From NCBI GenBank assembly GCA_934661005.1, contig CAKUIK010000003.1, positions 998 through 64,997 of the forward strand: a stretch of DNA of 64,000 nucleotides, in the 5' to 3' direction. The DNA comes from an uncultured Slackia sp. Its GTDB lineage: Bacteria; Actinomycetota; Coriobacteriia; Coriobacteriales; Eggerthellaceae. The translations under genes and the position numbers were made by a program. Positions 24,318 to 34,436 of this stretch are shown here, in pieces. Numbering within the stretch: position 1 is the stretch's first letter; each line of letters starts with the position of its first letter. The notes beneath the pieces were generated by a model. That model did not search any database. It was not told where the DNA came from and was given only the letters and a program-made list of their open reading frames with translations.

Positions 24318-26801
24318 ATGACGCCTATCAACGATAATTCTGCGCGCGCGATGCGCGCTGTGCGCTGCGACGAAAACATGGCAGCCGTGCTGCGCGGTGA
24401 GCGTTTTTTGGTATTCGACGGCGCGATGGGAACCATGCTGCAGCAGGCGGGGCTTGAGGCAGGCGAGCTTCCGGAGCTTTTATGCCTTACGAACCCCGAG
24501 GAAATCACGGGCATCCATGCTCAATATGTGGAGGCGGGAAGCGAAGTTGTGAGCGCCAACACCTTCGGCGCGAATCGCCGCAAGCTTGGCGATGCCGCCA
24601 GCGTGGCCGATGTGTTCGCGGCGGCCATCGCATGCGGCAAGGCATCGGGCGCGAAATACGTTGCAGCCGATATTGGCCCTACGGGCGCGCTGCTCGAGCC
24701 GCTTGGCACCATGCCCTTCGATGAAGCATACGAGCTGTTCGCCGAGCAGGTGCGCGCGGCCGACGCGACTGGCGCCGATTTGTTCATCATTGAAACCATG
24801 GCCGACCTTCTTGAGATGAAGGCAGCCATTCTTGCCGCGAAGGAAAACTCCGATCTGCCCATTTTCGCGACCATGACCTTCGGCGAAGACGGTCGCACGT
24901 TCTTGGGCACGAGCCCGCAAATCGCGGCCATCGTGCTTTCGTCGCTCGGCGTCGATGTGCTGGGCGTGAACTGCTCGCTTGGTCCCAACGATTTGCGCCC
25001 CATGGTAAGCGAAATGCTCAAGGCGTCCACGGTTCCCGTTATGGTGCAGGCCAACGCGGGCTTGCCGAGCATCGTCGATGGCAAGACCGTATTCTCGGTG
25101 ACGCCCGATGAATACATTGAAGCCGTGGCGGCGATGGTCAGTGAGGGCGTGACGGTCGTGGGCGGCTGTTGCGGCACGAACCCCGCCTATATCGCGAAAG
25201 AGGCGGCGCTCGTGGCGGGCCGCGTGCCGGTTGCGCGCGATGTGGCTTTCGCCTGTGGCATTACGTCGGCAAGCCACGCCACGCTTCTAACTGGTCGCGA
25301 CGTTGCCACTATTGGCGAGCGCATCAATCCCACGGGCAAGAAGAAACTCAAGGCCGCGTTTCGCGAGGGCAACCTCGACTACGTGCTGGGCGAGGCGATT
25401 TCCCAAACGGAAGCGGGCGTCGATGCGCTCGACGTGAACGCCGGCTTGCCCGAGATTGATGAGGCGGCGACGCTCGTGTCGCTCGTGGGCAAAATCCAGG
25501 GCGTATCGCCCTTGCCCCTGCAAATCGACTCGTCCGACCCGGTTGCCGTGGAGGCCGCCGTGCGCGTGTATTCCGGCAAGCCGATCATCAACTCCGTGAA
25601 CGGCAAGCAAGAAAGCCTCGATGCCGTGCTGCCCATTGTCAAACATTATGGCTGCGCGGTTGTGGGCCTCGCGCTCGATGAGCAGGGCATACCTCCTACC
25701 GCTGAAGGCCGCTTCGCTGTTGCGCAGCGCATCGTGGAAGAGGCCGACAAATACGGCATTCCGCGCAGCGATATCTTCATCGACTGTCTGGTTATGGCCG
25801 CGTCGACCAACCAAGCCGAAGTCGTCGAGATTCTGCGCGCTATCACAATGGTGAAAGAGCGCCTGGGCGTGCGCACGGTGCTCGGCGTGTCGAATGTGAG
25901 CTTTGGTTTGCCTTTGCGCGAAATCGTGAATGCCACCTTCTTGGCGGCGGCGTTTTCGGCGGGCCTCGACATGCCTATTCTGAACCCGCTTTCCGCGCGC
26001 TATCGCGAAATCGTCGATACGTGGCGCGTGCTGTGCGGGCAAGACGTCTCGGCGCAGGGCTATATTTCCGAATACGCGAACAAAAGCATGTCGGCCGTGG
26101 CCGGTGCTCCTGGGGCGACAACGGGGCAGGGGAATGCCTCTGCGCCTGCGCCCGCAGCGGGCGACGCCTTCGACGATGCGTCCGACTTCGGTCTGCGCCG
26201 CTTTGTGGTCACGGGCCGCAAGGCGAACATGCCCGAAGCGGTTTCGAAATTGCTCGAAACGTGCGACGCCATGGAGGTCATCAATGGCCACCTGATTCCC
26301 GCCCTCGACGATGTGGGCGAGCGTTTCGAGAAGGACAAATTCTTCCTGCCCCAGCTCATGGCTTCGGCTGAAGCGGCGAAGGCGGGCTTCGACGTGATTA
26401 AAGAGCAGGGTGGAAGCGGCGCCGTCGCCGACAAGGGCTCGGTCGCCATTGCCACGGTGAAAGGCGACATCCACGACATTGGCAAGAATATCGTGCGCAT
26501 GCTGCTCGAAAACTATGGCTACACGGTATACGACTTGGGCCGTGACGTGGATCCGCAGGTCGTGCTCGATTGCGTGCGCGAGCACGACATCAAGCTCGTG
26601 GGCCTCTCGGCGCTCATGACCACAACCGTGCGCGGCATGGAAGACACCATCGCGCTTCTGCGCGAGCAGGCGCCCGATGTGAAGGTGTTCGTGGGTGGCG
26701 CCGTTATCACGCCTGAATATGCCGAAATGGTTGGCGCCGACTACTACTGCAAAGATGCCGCCGAAAGCGCGAAGGTCTGTGCCGAGGTGCTGAGCGCGTA
26801 G
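24318..26801 (+). CDS. metH: Cobalamin-dependent methionine synthase, short form (Hcy-, pterin- and B12-binding modules; no AdoMet reactivation domain)
   Basis: FLVFDGAMGTMLQ...ANTFGAN (Hcy S-methyltransferase). GVSNVSFGLP (pterin-binding). ATVKGDIHDIGKNIV (B12 D-x-H-x2-G). Ends ~827 aa. Confidence 0.85.
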   Translation: MTPINDNSARAMRAVRCDENMAAVLRGERFLVFDGAMGTMLQQAGLEAGELPELLCLTNPEEITGIHAQYVEAGSEVVSANTFGANRRKLGDAASVADVFAAAIACGKASGAKYVAADIGPTGALLEPLGTMPFDEAYELFAEQVRAADATGADLFIIETMADLLEMKAAILAAKENSDLPIFATMTFGEDGRTFLGTSPQIAAIVLSSLGVDVLGVNCSLGPNDLRPMVSEMLKASTVPVMVQANAGLPSIVDGKTVFSVTPDEYIEAVAAMVSEGVTVVGGCCGTNPAYIAKEAALVAGRVPVARDVAFACGITSASHATLLTGRDVATIGERINPTGKKKLKAAFREGNLDYVLGEAISQTEAGVDALDVNAGLPEIDEAATLVSLVGKIQGVSPLPLQIDSSDPVAVEAAVRVYSGKPIINSVNGKQESLDAVLPIVKHYGCAVVGLALDEQGIPPTAEGRFAVAQRIVEEADKYGIPRSDIFIDCLVMAASTNQAEVVEILRAITMVKERLGVRTVLGVSNVSFGLPLREIVNATFLAAAFSAGLDMPILNPLSARYREIVDTWRVLCGQDVSAQGYISEYANKSMSAVAGAPGATTGQGNASAPAPAAGDAFDDASDFGLRRFVVTGRKANMPEAVSKLLETCDAMEVINGHLIPALDDVGERFEKDKFFLPQLMASAEAAKAGFDVIKEQGGSGAVADKGSVAIATVKGDIHDIGKNIVRMLLENYGYTVYDLGRDVDPQVVLDCVREHDIKLVGLSALMTTTVRGMEDTIALLREQAPDVKVFVGGAVITPEYAEMVGADYYCKDAAESAKVCAEVLSA

Positions 26802-26895
26802 GGTTTTTCAGGGCGATGCGCGACCAGCTCGTTGCCCTTGCGTTTGTGAGGGGAACTTGAGACCTTGATGTTACACGTGTAAACCTTTTGCAAGA

Positions 26896-26934
26896 AAGCC
26901 GCCGGGGGATTATTGCCCTCGGCGGCTTGTTCTA
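26896..26934 (+). terminator. Terminator after metH
   Basis: AAGCCGCCGGGGG-attattg-CCCTCGGCGGCTT followed by GTTCT. Confidence 0.6.
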
Positions 26935-27048
26935 TAATCCACTCCTTCAGAAAGCGGAATGCAGGGTGGCGGTGCGCGCGGTGGAATGCTGAAGGCGATT
27001 CCCGAACGCGCCCGTTTGCCTTGCCTAGAGAAGAAGGGGTGCGAAGGC

Positions 27049-28251
27049 GTGGCATCGAATGCTGGGAAAATAACGGCTCGCGAATGGGCGGCGATTATCT
27101 CGGTTGCGGCAACGGCGTTCATATTCAATACGTCGGAATTCATGCCTATTGGCCTGCTCGTTGACATTTCGGCCGATTTTGGCGTGAACGAGGCAACGGG
27201 CGGCATTCTTATCACGGTCTATGCATGGGCAGTGTGCTTGCTGTCGGTGCCTCTCATGGTGGCGACGTCGCGTTTCAGTTTCAGGCCTTTGTTGCTGTGC
27301 GTGGTCGCGGTGTTCGGTTTGGGACAGCTCTGCTCAGCGCTTGCCCCTGGCTATTTCCCGCTTATGGGCGCCCGCCTCATCGTCGCGTGCGCGCACGCGA
27401 TCTTCTGGTCTATCGCGCCTTCCATCGCGGCGCGCGCTGTCTCGCTTGAGCATCGCTCGATTGCGCTTTCCGCCATCGTTACGGGTTCTTCAATCGCCCA
27501 GATTCTCGGTCTGCCCTTAGGGCGCGTCATCGGTTTGGCGCTCGGCTGGCGCATGACGTTCGCGTGCATCGCGGTGTTCACGGCCGCGCTGCTCGTGGTG
27601 CTCTTCTTCGCCGTGCCGAAAATGAGCGCGGGCGAGCCGTTTAAGATAAGCCAGCTTCCCAGTCTGGTGAAAAACCCGGTGCTGCTGTCGCTATTTGTGG
27701 GCACGGCTGCCATCGCCACGGCGTATTACACGGGTTACAGCTATGTGGAACCCTATCTGCAGCAAATCGGCGGGCTTTCTGACGAGGCCATTACCACCTC
27801 GCTCATGATGTTCGGCGTGGCGGGTGTTATCGGCAGCTTCCTGTTCGCGCGCTTCTACGTGGGCCAGCGCCGGCGCTATTGGTACATTCGCGTCTCGCTC
27901 ACCGGCGTGGCGCTCGCGCTCGCGCTTATGATGCCTGCTGCGCTCGGCGGCATGGGCTCGGTGCTTGTGGTGTTCGTGCTGTGGGGCATTTGCGGCGTGT
28001 CGTTCAACGTGGCCTACCAGTCTGAGATATTGCGCTTCGCGCCCCCGCATGCGGCGGCGGTCGCCACGGCCATTTACTCGGGCATCTTCAACTTGGGAAT
28101 CGGCGGTGGCTCGGCGGTGGGCGGCGCGGTGAGCACCGCTTTCGGCATGGAGTCGGTGTGCTTCGCGGGCGCGCTCATCGGCGCTGCGGCGGTCGCGATC
28201 GCCTGCGTGTTCCTCATCCCCTCCATGCACCGCACCAAGCCTGTCGAATAG
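27049..28251 (+). CDS. MFS transporter, SotB/YdeA-like sugar or drug efflux family
   Basis: REWAAIISVAATAFIFNTSEFMPIGLLVDISADFG, 12 TM. The start is uncertain (GTG 27049 preferred; the track ORF starts at 26959). Confidence 0.8.
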   Translation: MASNAGKITAREWAAIISVAATAFIFNTSEFMPIGLLVDISADFGVNEATGGILITVYAWAVCLLSVPLMVATSRFSFRPLLLCVVAVFGLGQLCSALAPGYFPLMGARLIVACAHAIFWSIAPSIAARAVSLEHRSIALSAIVTGSSIAQILGLPLGRVIGLALGWRMTFACIAVFTAALLVVLFFAVPKMSAGEPFKISQLPSLVKNPVLLSLFVGTAAIATAYYTGYSYVEPYLQQIGGLSDEAITTSLMMFGVAGVIGSFLFARFYVGQRRRYWYIRVSLTGVALALALMMPAALGGMGSVLVVFVLWGICGVSFNVAYQSEILRFAPPHAAAVATAIYSGIFNLGIGGGSAVGGAVSTAFGMESVCFAGALIGAAAVAIACVFLIPSMHRTKPVE

Positions 28252-28540
28252 CGCGAAAGCAGGGGAGGGCGCATGCGTGATTTTGCCGGATTGAGCAAAG
28301 AAAAACGCTTCGGCAAAGACCAGCACGCCATGTATCGCCTGAGCCTGTAAAGCATCGTCTTGCATAAAAATTCGCCCGATGGTTGTAATTTCGTGTATGC
28401 TATCGGGCGTTTAGCATATGTGCGCTCGCGATTCGGCCATGCTTGCGGCCGTCGCAATGGGCGCTGCGCCGTTTTTGCGCATGCGGCAATCGCGTTGCGC
28501 AATCGCCTTATATATAGGTAAGAAATCGGGAGGACTCGCT

Positions 28541-31096
28541 TTGAAGCTCGTCGTTACTGAGAAGAATATCGCCGCCCAGAAAATCGCCGATTTGCTGGGC
28601 ATCAAAAAGCCGAAGGCCGACAAGGTCTACAACACGCCCGTCTATCGATTCGAGCTTGATGGCGAAGAATGGGTGACCATCGGTTTGCGCGGCCACATTC
28701 TCGAGCCCGATTTCGTACCCCAAATCGTGTACAAGAAAACGAAGGGCTGGCAGGGCGTGACCGCCGATGGGGAAGTCGTGCCTGCTGACATCCCCGATTT
28801 CCTTGCGAAGCCACCGTATAAAACGAAGCGCAAGCCGTTTTTGGCCGATGGCGTTGCCATGGGCGCGTGGAAGATGGATGCGCTGCCGTATCTTGCGTAT
28901 GCGCCCATCGAGAAGCTGCCGAAGGAAAAAGACATCATCCGCAGCTTGAAGAACTTGGCCAAGAAGGCCGATGAAATCATCATCGCGACCGACTTCGACC
29001 GTGAAGGCGAGCTTATCGGCTCCGATGCGCTTGGCCAAATCCAGCAGGTCAACGATACCGCGCCGGTGTTCCGCGCGCGCTATTCGGCCATCACGAAAGA
29101 AGAAATCACGCATGCCTTCACGAACCTCGTGAAGCTCGATGAAGACTTGGCTGCGGCGGGCGAGAGCCGCCAGGAAATCGACCTTATTTGGGGCGCTGTG
29201 CTCACGCGCTATCTCACCATCGTGAAATTCGCCGGCTACGGCAACGTGCGCAGCTCGGGCCGCGTGCAAACCCCGACGCTCGCGCTTATCGTCGCTCGCG
29301 AGCGCGAGCGCATGGCGTTCGTCCCCGAAGATTATTGGGTAATCAAGGGCGATTTCCAGCACGACGCCGACGAGTTTAGCGCGCCGCATGCCACGGCTCG
29401 CTTCAAGAGCGAAGATGCTGCGAACGCCGTTATGGCCCACGTCGAAGGCCGAACCGTAGGCACGGTTTCCACCATCGAGAAAAAGAAGCGCACGCAGGCT
29501 GCCCCCGTGCCGTTCAATACCACGTCGCTTATGGCTGCGGCTGCAAGCGAGGGCCTTTCTCCCGCGCGCACCATGCGCCTGGCCGAAAGCCTGTACATGG
29601 ATGGCTATATTTCTTACCCGCGTGTCGACAACACGGTGTATCCCGAATCGCTCGACCTTGAGGGAACGGTGAAAAAGCTCTCGGACGTCGCGGCCTATCG
29701 CCCCTATTGCCAGGAGCTCCTGAAGCGCGGCAAGCTTGTTGCCACGCGCGGCAAGAAGGAAACCACCGACCATCCGCCCATTCACCCCACGGCCGCCGCC
29801 GACCCCGATAAACTCGGCGCGCCCGAGTGGAAGCTCTACAACCTTATCGCGCGCCGTTTCTTGGCGACCCTTTCCGATGCCGCGGTTATCGAGGGCACGA
29901 AGGTGACCATCGAAGTGAACGCCGAGCCGTTCGCCGTGCGCGGCGATGTCGTGGTGAAGCCGGGCTTCCGCGCCATTTACCCCTACGGCATGAAGAAGGA
30001 AGAGCAGTTGCCCGCCCTTGCCGAAGGCCAAACGGTCGATTTCAAGGGCGCCGTGTGCGCCAAGAAGCAGACCGAGCCGCCGGCGCGCTACAGCCAGGGC
30101 AAGCTCATTCAGGAAATGGAGCGCCTGGGCTTGGGTACCAAGGCCACGCGTCATGCGATTATCGAGCGCCTCTACACGGTGAAATACGTGCAGAACGATC
30201 CTATCGAGCCGAGCCAGCTCGGCATTGCGGTATGCGACGCGCTTGGCCAGTTCGCACCGCAAATCACGAGCCCCGACATGACGGCGACGCTTGAAGAAGA
30301 CATGAACCAGATTGCCGCCGGCAACAAGACCCAAAAAGACGTCGTCGATTTGTCGCGCGACATCTTAAACGACGTGCTCAACGAGCTTTTGCCGCACCAA
30401 GAGCAAATCAAAGACGCACTGGCCGACGCTGTGGCTGCTGACGCATATGTGGGACCGTGCCCGAAGTGCGGCAAAGACCTGCAGCTGCGCGCGAGCCAGA
30501 AAACGCGCTCGATGTTCATCGGCTGTTCTGGTTGGCCTGAGTGCGATGTGACCTACCCGTTGCCGAAGGGCAAAATCGAAGCGGTCGAGGAAAAGTGCCC
30601 CGAGTGCGGTATGCCCCAAATCAAGGTGACCGCATTCCGCAGCAAGCCGCGCATCCAGTGCATCGATCCTAATTGCCCCACGAATCATGAGCCCGATATC
30701 GTGGTGGGGAAGTGCCCGACGTGCGCCGCGAAGGGCCTCGACAAACAACTCATCGCCTCGAAGAACCCGCGCACGCTTAAACGCTTCATTCGCTGCGAGA
30801 ACTATGAGGAATGCGAAACGAGCTATCCACTTCCGCAATACGGCAAGCTCACCGCGACCGAGGAAACGTGCCCCGACTGCGGCGCTCCTATGGTGATTGT
30901 GACCACCGCTCGCGGCCCGTGGAAGCTGTGCCCGAACTTCAATTGCCCGAGCAAAGAGCGCGAAGCCGCCGAAAAAGCCGCGAAGGCCGAGGCGAAGAAG
31001 GCCGAAAAGGCCGCAAAGCCTGCCGCGAAGAAGGCTCCCGCCAAAAAGGCGGCCGCCAAGAAAACGACGGCCAAGAAGGCCGCCGCGAAGGAATAA
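28541..31096 (+). CDS. topA: Type IA DNA topoisomerase (topoisomerase I) with multiple C4 zinc ribbons and a Lys/Ala-rich tail
   Basis: LKLVVTEKNIAAQKIADLL is a Toprim start (GGGAGGA RBS before TTG 28541). SYPRVDN contains the active-site Tyr. Repeated CPxCG...C motifs. Tail KAAKAEAKKAEKAAKPAAKKAPAKKAAAKK. Confidence 0.9.
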   Translation: MKLVVTEKNIAAQKIADLLGIKKPKADKVYNTPVYRFELDGEEWVTIGLRGHILEPDFVPQIVYKKTKGWQGVTADGEVVPADIPDFLAKPPYKTKRKPFLADGVAMGAWKMDALPYLAYAPIEKLPKEKDIIRSLKNLAKKADEIIIATDFDREGELIGSDALGQIQQVNDTAPVFRARYSAITKEEITHAFTNLVKLDEDLAAAGESRQEIDLIWGAVLTRYLTIVKFAGYGNVRSSGRVQTPTLALIVARERERMAFVPEDYWVIKGDFQHDADEFSAPHATARFKSEDAANAVMAHVEGRTVGTVSTIEKKKRTQAAPVPFNTTSLMAAAASEGLSPARTMRLAESLYMDGYISYPRVDNTVYPESLDLEGTVKKLSDVAAYRPYCQELLKRGKLVATRGKKETTDHPPIHPTAAADPDKLGAPEWKLYNLIARRFLATLSDAAVIEGTKVTIEVNAEPFAVRGDVVVKPGFRAIYPYGMKKEEQLPALAEGQTVDFKGAVCAKKQTEPPARYSQGKLIQEMERLGLGTKATRHAIIERLYTVKYVQNDPIEPSQLGIAVCDALGQFAPQITSPDMTATLEEDMNQIAAGNKTQKDVVDLSRDILNDVLNELLPHQEQIKDALADAVAADAYVGPCPKCGKDLQLRASQKTRSMFIGCSGWPECDVTYPLPKGKIEAVEEKCPECGMPQIKVTAFRSKPRIQCIDPNCPTNHEPDIVVGKCPTCAAKGLDKQLIASKNPRTLKRFIRCENYEECETSYPLPQYGKLTATEETCPDCGAPMVIVTTARGPWKLCPNFNCPSKEREAAEKAAKAEAKKAEKAAKPAAKKAPAKKAAAKKTTAKKAAAKE

Positions 31097-31166
31097 CGCA
31101 TCTTGTATCGGTCTCGTGCGTGCCGGGGGCATGCCCGAGACCGACGCGGCAAAGGGTCTGGAATCA

Positions 31167-31328
31167 CGCGAACCGACAGTGACTGCGCGCATGCCTCTCG
31201 GCCCTCTGCGTTAAAGCTTGCTTTCATTTTTAAATGAAACGCAGCGAGGTGAGCGCATAGCGAGGCGAAGCCGAGCGGTAGCGAACCGTGGCCGAAGGGC
31301 ATGTGTCCACTCGCTGTCGGTCCGTGCG
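31167..31328 (+). repeat. Structured intergenic element, copy A (imperfect ~37-nt inverted arms, inner hairpin, conserved core)
   Basis: Arms 31167-31203 / 31290-31328. Inner hairpin CTGCGTT...AACGCAG. Core GAGCGCATAGCGAGGCGAAGCCGAGCGGTAGCGAACCGTGG is shared with copies at 40147-40295 and 45181-45337. Confidence 0.6.
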
Positions 31329-31376
31329 ATTCCGCAGGTCATCGAACGTGCGAATTTTGTGAACTTCGCTTTCATA

Positions 31377-31405
31377 TTCCCATTTCTCTTCCAACTCTTT
31401 ATAAT
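31377..31405 (+). promoter_or_regulatory. Candidate promoter for rplB and downstream genes
   Basis: TTCCCA-17 nt-TATAAT, ~170 nt upstream of the rplB ATG. Confidence 0.3.
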
Positions 31406-31578
31406 TCTGCAGTTGCGTCCCGCTGTGTATGGATACACCCGGGCGCGTGGGAACGGAGTCGAGGGCGTGCACTCCAATAAGCGCCTCATTCGGCAATCGT
31501 TCCCGAAATGTAAGTGGAACGCCTGGTACGTGCATGGAGTGGCACGCGAGCAGGCTTCCAAGGAAGAAAGGTTGTTTG

Positions 31579-32409
31579 ATGGGAATCAAGCAATACAAGC
31601 CGACCAGCGCTGGTCGCCGCTTCCAGACGGTTTCGGACTTCGCCGAAATCACCTGCACGAAGCCCGAGAAGTCGCTGCTTGCGCCGCTGCCTAAGAAGGC
31701 CGGCCGCAACAACAAGGGTCGCATCACCACCCGTCATCAGGGCGGCGGCGTGAAGCGTCGTTACCGTATCATCGACTTCAAGCGCAACAAGGACGGCATC
31801 CCCGCCAAGGTCGCTACCATCGAGTACGATCCGAACCGTTCCGCCCGTATCGCTCTTCTCCATTACGTTGATGGCGAGAAGCGCTACATCCTTCACCCCA
31901 AGGGCCTGAAGGTTGGCGACATGGTCATGTCTGGCTCCGAGGCCGACATCAAGCCCGGCAACTCGCTTGCTCTGGCTGACATCCCTGTTGGTACCCTCAT
32001 CCATGCAGTTGAGCTGCAGCCCGGCAAGGGTGCTGCGCTGGCTCGCTCCGCTGGCACTTCTATCCAGCTCATGGGTAAGGAAGGCAAGTACGCCATTCTG
32101 CGCATGCCCTCTTCCGAGATGCGCCGCGTGCTGCTCACCTGCCGCGCGACTGTTGGCGAAGTCGGCAACGCCGAGCATGCCAACATCAAGATCGGCAAAG
32201 CTGGCCGTAACCGCTGGAAGGGCATCCGCCCGACCGTCCGTGGTACGGTTATGAACCCGGTCGACCACCCGCACGGTGGTGGCGAAGGCAAGAACAAGTC
32301 TTCGGGACGTCATCCTGTGTCTCCGTGGGGCAAGCCCACCAAGGGCCATCGCACCCGCAACCCGAAGAAGGCTTCGAGCCGCCTGATCATCCGTCGTCGC
32401 AAGAAGTAG
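31579..32409 (+). CDS. rplB: 50S ribosomal protein L2
   Basis: [21 protein letters not shown]...[23 protein letters not shown]. Confidence 0.97.
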   Translation: MGIKQYKPTSAGRRFQTVSDFAEITCTKPEKSLLAPLPKKAGRNNKGRITTRHQGGGVKRRYRIIDFKRNKDGIPAKVATIEYDPNRSARIALLHYVDGEKRYILHPKGLKVGDMVMSGSEADIKPGNSLALADIPVGTLIHAVELQPGKGAALARSAGTSIQLMGKEGKYAILRMPSSEMRRVLLTCRATVGEVGNAEHANIKIGKAGRNRWKGIRPTVRGTVMNPVDHPHGGGEGKNKSSGRHPVSPWGKPTKGHRTRNPKKASSRLIIRRRKK

Positions 32410-32436
32410 CGCGAGCTAGAACGCTAAGGAGAAACC

Positions 32437-32706
32437 GTGAGCAGAAGTTTGAAGAAGGGTCCTTTCGTCGAGCCGCGTCTTCTCGGCCGCATTGCCGCGA
32501 TGAACGAAGCTGGCGAAAAGCACGTCATCAAGACGTGGTCGCGCTCCTCGACCATCTTCCCCGACATGGTGGGTCACACCATTGCCGTGCACGATGGTCG
32601 CAAGCACGTGCCCGTATACGTTACCGAATCCATGGTCGGTCACAAGCTCGGCGAATTTGCGCCTACGCGCACGTTCAAGGGCCACGCCGACAAGAGCAAG
32701 AAATAA
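32437..32706 (+). CDS. rpsS: 30S ribosomal protein S19
   Basis: [16 protein letters not shown]...[11 protein letters not shown]. Confidence 0.97.
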   Translation: MSRSLKKGPFVEPRLLGRIAAMNEAGEKHVIKTWSRSSTIFPDMVGHTIAVHDGRKHVPVYVTESMVGHKLGEFAPTRTFKGHADKSKK

Positions 32707-32725
32707 GTAAGGAGGCAGACCGCAC

Positions 32726-33064
32726 ATGGAAGCTAAGGCAGTCGCCAAGTATGTGCGCGTGAGCCCCCGCAAGGCTCGCGTCGTCATCGACCAAGTCCGC
32801 GGCAAGGACGTCGTCCGCGCCCGCGAAATCCTGCGCTTCTCGGAGCGCGCTATCGCCGAGACCATTGAGAAGGTTCTCAACTCGGCTGTGGCAAATGCCG
32901 AGAACAACCATGGCATGTCCACCGACAACCTGGTCGTGAAGGCCGCGTTCGTCGACGAAGGCCCCACGTTCAAGCGCATTCGTCCTCGTGCAAAGGGCTC
33001 TGCCGCTCGCATCCGCAAGCGCACCAGCCACATCACGATCATCGTTGCGCCGAAGGAGGCATAA
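32726..33064 (+). CDS. rplV: 50S ribosomal protein L22
   Basis: [27 protein letters not shown]. Confidence 0.96.
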   Translation: MEAKAVAKYVRVSPRKARVVIDQVRGKDVVRAREILRFSERAIAETIEKVLNSAVANAENNHGMSTDNLVVKAAFVDEGPTFKRIRPRAKGSAARIRKRTSHITIIVAPKEA

Positions 33065-33067
33065 AGC

Positions 33068-33787
33068 ATGGGTCAGAAAGTTATGCCCACCGGCTTCCGT
33101 CTCGGCATCACCGAGGATTGGCGTAGCCGTTGGTATTCCGACAAGGACTACGCGAAGAACCTCGCTAACGACATGGAGATTCGCAAGTTCCTGGACAAGT
33201 ATCTCGCCAAGGCCGCTGTTGCCAAGGTCGAGATCGAGCGCGCTGGCGACAAGGTGAAGGTCATCATCACCACCGCTCGCCCGGGCGTTGTCATTGGCAA
33301 GAAGGGCTCCGAGATTGAGCAGCTCCGCAAGGAACTCGCCAAGATCGTTGGCGGCCCGGTGAACATCGAGGTCATCGAGGTCAAGCGCCCCGAGCTCGAC
33401 GCCAACCTGGTTGCCCAGTCCATCGCCGAGCAGCTCGAAGGCCGTGTCGCGTTCCGTCGCGCCATGCGCAAGGCTGTTCAGTCCGCCCGCAAGTCTGGCG
33501 CTCTGGGCATCCGTATTCAGTGCTCCGGCCGTCTCGGTGGCGCTGAGATGAGCCGCCGCGAGTGGTATCGCGAAGGCCGCGTGCCTCTGCACACCCTGCG
33601 TGCGAAGATCGACTACGGCTTCTGCACCGCTGCTACCACGATGGGCTCCATCGGCATCAAAGTGTGGATCTACCACGGCGAAAAGCTCCCCGGTGGCAAG
33701 ACTCCGCAGCCTGCTCTCGAGGGCAACTCTCGTCCGTCGCGCGGCCGTCGCGACCGCAATGATCGCAACGAAAGGGGTGCTAAATAA
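33068..33787 (+). CDS. rpsC: 30S ribosomal protein S3
   Basis: [23 protein letters not shown]...[26 protein letters not shown]. Confidence 0.97.
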   Translation: MGQKVMPTGFRLGITEDWRSRWYSDKDYAKNLANDMEIRKFLDKYLAKAAVAKVEIERAGDKVKVIITTARPGVVIGKKGSEIEQLRKELAKIVGGPVNIEVIEVKRPELDANLVAQSIAEQLEGRVAFRRAMRKAVQSARKSGALGIRIQCSGRLGGAEMSRREWYREGRVPLHTLRAKIDYGFCTAATTMGSIGIKVWIYHGEKLPGGKTPQPALEGNSRPSRGRRDRNDRNERGAK

Positions 33788-34209
33788 TGCTAGCTCCTAA
33801 GCGCATTCGCCACCGCAAGGTGCAACGCGGCTCTATGAAGGGCAAGGCCAAGGGCTACACCCAGCTGCATCACGGCGAGTACGGCATCCAGGCTCTCGAG
33901 GCTCACTGGATCACCAACCGCCAGATCGAGGCCGCTCGTATCGCTATGACTCGTTACATGAAGCGTGGCGGTAAAGTTTGGATCACCATCTTCCCCGACA
34001 AGCCCATCACCCAGAAGCCGGCTGAAACCCGCATGGGTTCTGGTAAGGGTAACCCGGAAGCTTGGGTTGCTGTCGTCAAGCCCGGCCGTATCATGTTCGA
34101 GATCGGCGGCGTCGACGAGGCTACCGCTAAAGAGGCCCTGCGTCTCGCCATTCAGAAGCTTCCTATCAAGTGCAAGATCGTTACCAAGGAATCGGAGGTG
34201 GCTGAATAA
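33787..34209 (+). CDS. rplP: 50S ribosomal protein L16
   Basis: [21 protein letters not shown]...ETRMGSGKG. Confidence 0.97.
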   Translation: MLAPKRIRHRKVQRGSMKGKAKGYTQLHHGEYGIQALEAHWITNRQIEAARIAMTRYMKRGGKVWITIFPDKPITQKPAETRMGSGKGNPEAWVAVVKPGRIMFEIGGVDEATAKEALRLAIQKLPIKCKIVTKESEVAE

Positions 34210-34418
34210 TGAAGGCCGTCGAGATTCGCGAGCTCTCTTCTGACGATCTTACCGTCAAGCTGAAGGAAGCCCGTGCTGAGCTGTTCAACCTGCGCTTCCA
34301 GATGGCTACCAGCCAGCTGGACAACACCGCTCGTGTGAAGCAGGTCAAGAAGGACATCGCGCGTATTCAGACCGAAATGCGCGCCCGCGAGATCGCCGCT
34401 GCCGGCGCATTGAAATAA
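34209..34418 (+). CDS. rpmC: 50S ribosomal protein L29
   Basis: [31 protein letters not shown]. Confidence 0.95.
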   Translation: MKAVEIRELSSDDLTVKLKEARAELFNLRFQMATSQLDNTARVKQVKKDIARIQTEMRAREIAAAGALK

Positions 34419-34436
34419 GGATTTGGTGGGATAAAC

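Noticed and set aside
28508-30334. 608-aa minus-strand ORF
   Set aside because: It is antisense to topA, has low-complexity R/A/G/L composition and shows no motifs.
31429-31578. N-terminal 50-codon extension of the rplB ORF, and similar upstream extensions of panB (42983-43399), mntP, hicA and others
   Set aside because: The canonical N-termini begin at internal ATGs that are preceded by good Shine-Dalgarno sequences. The extensions have non-coding-like composition.
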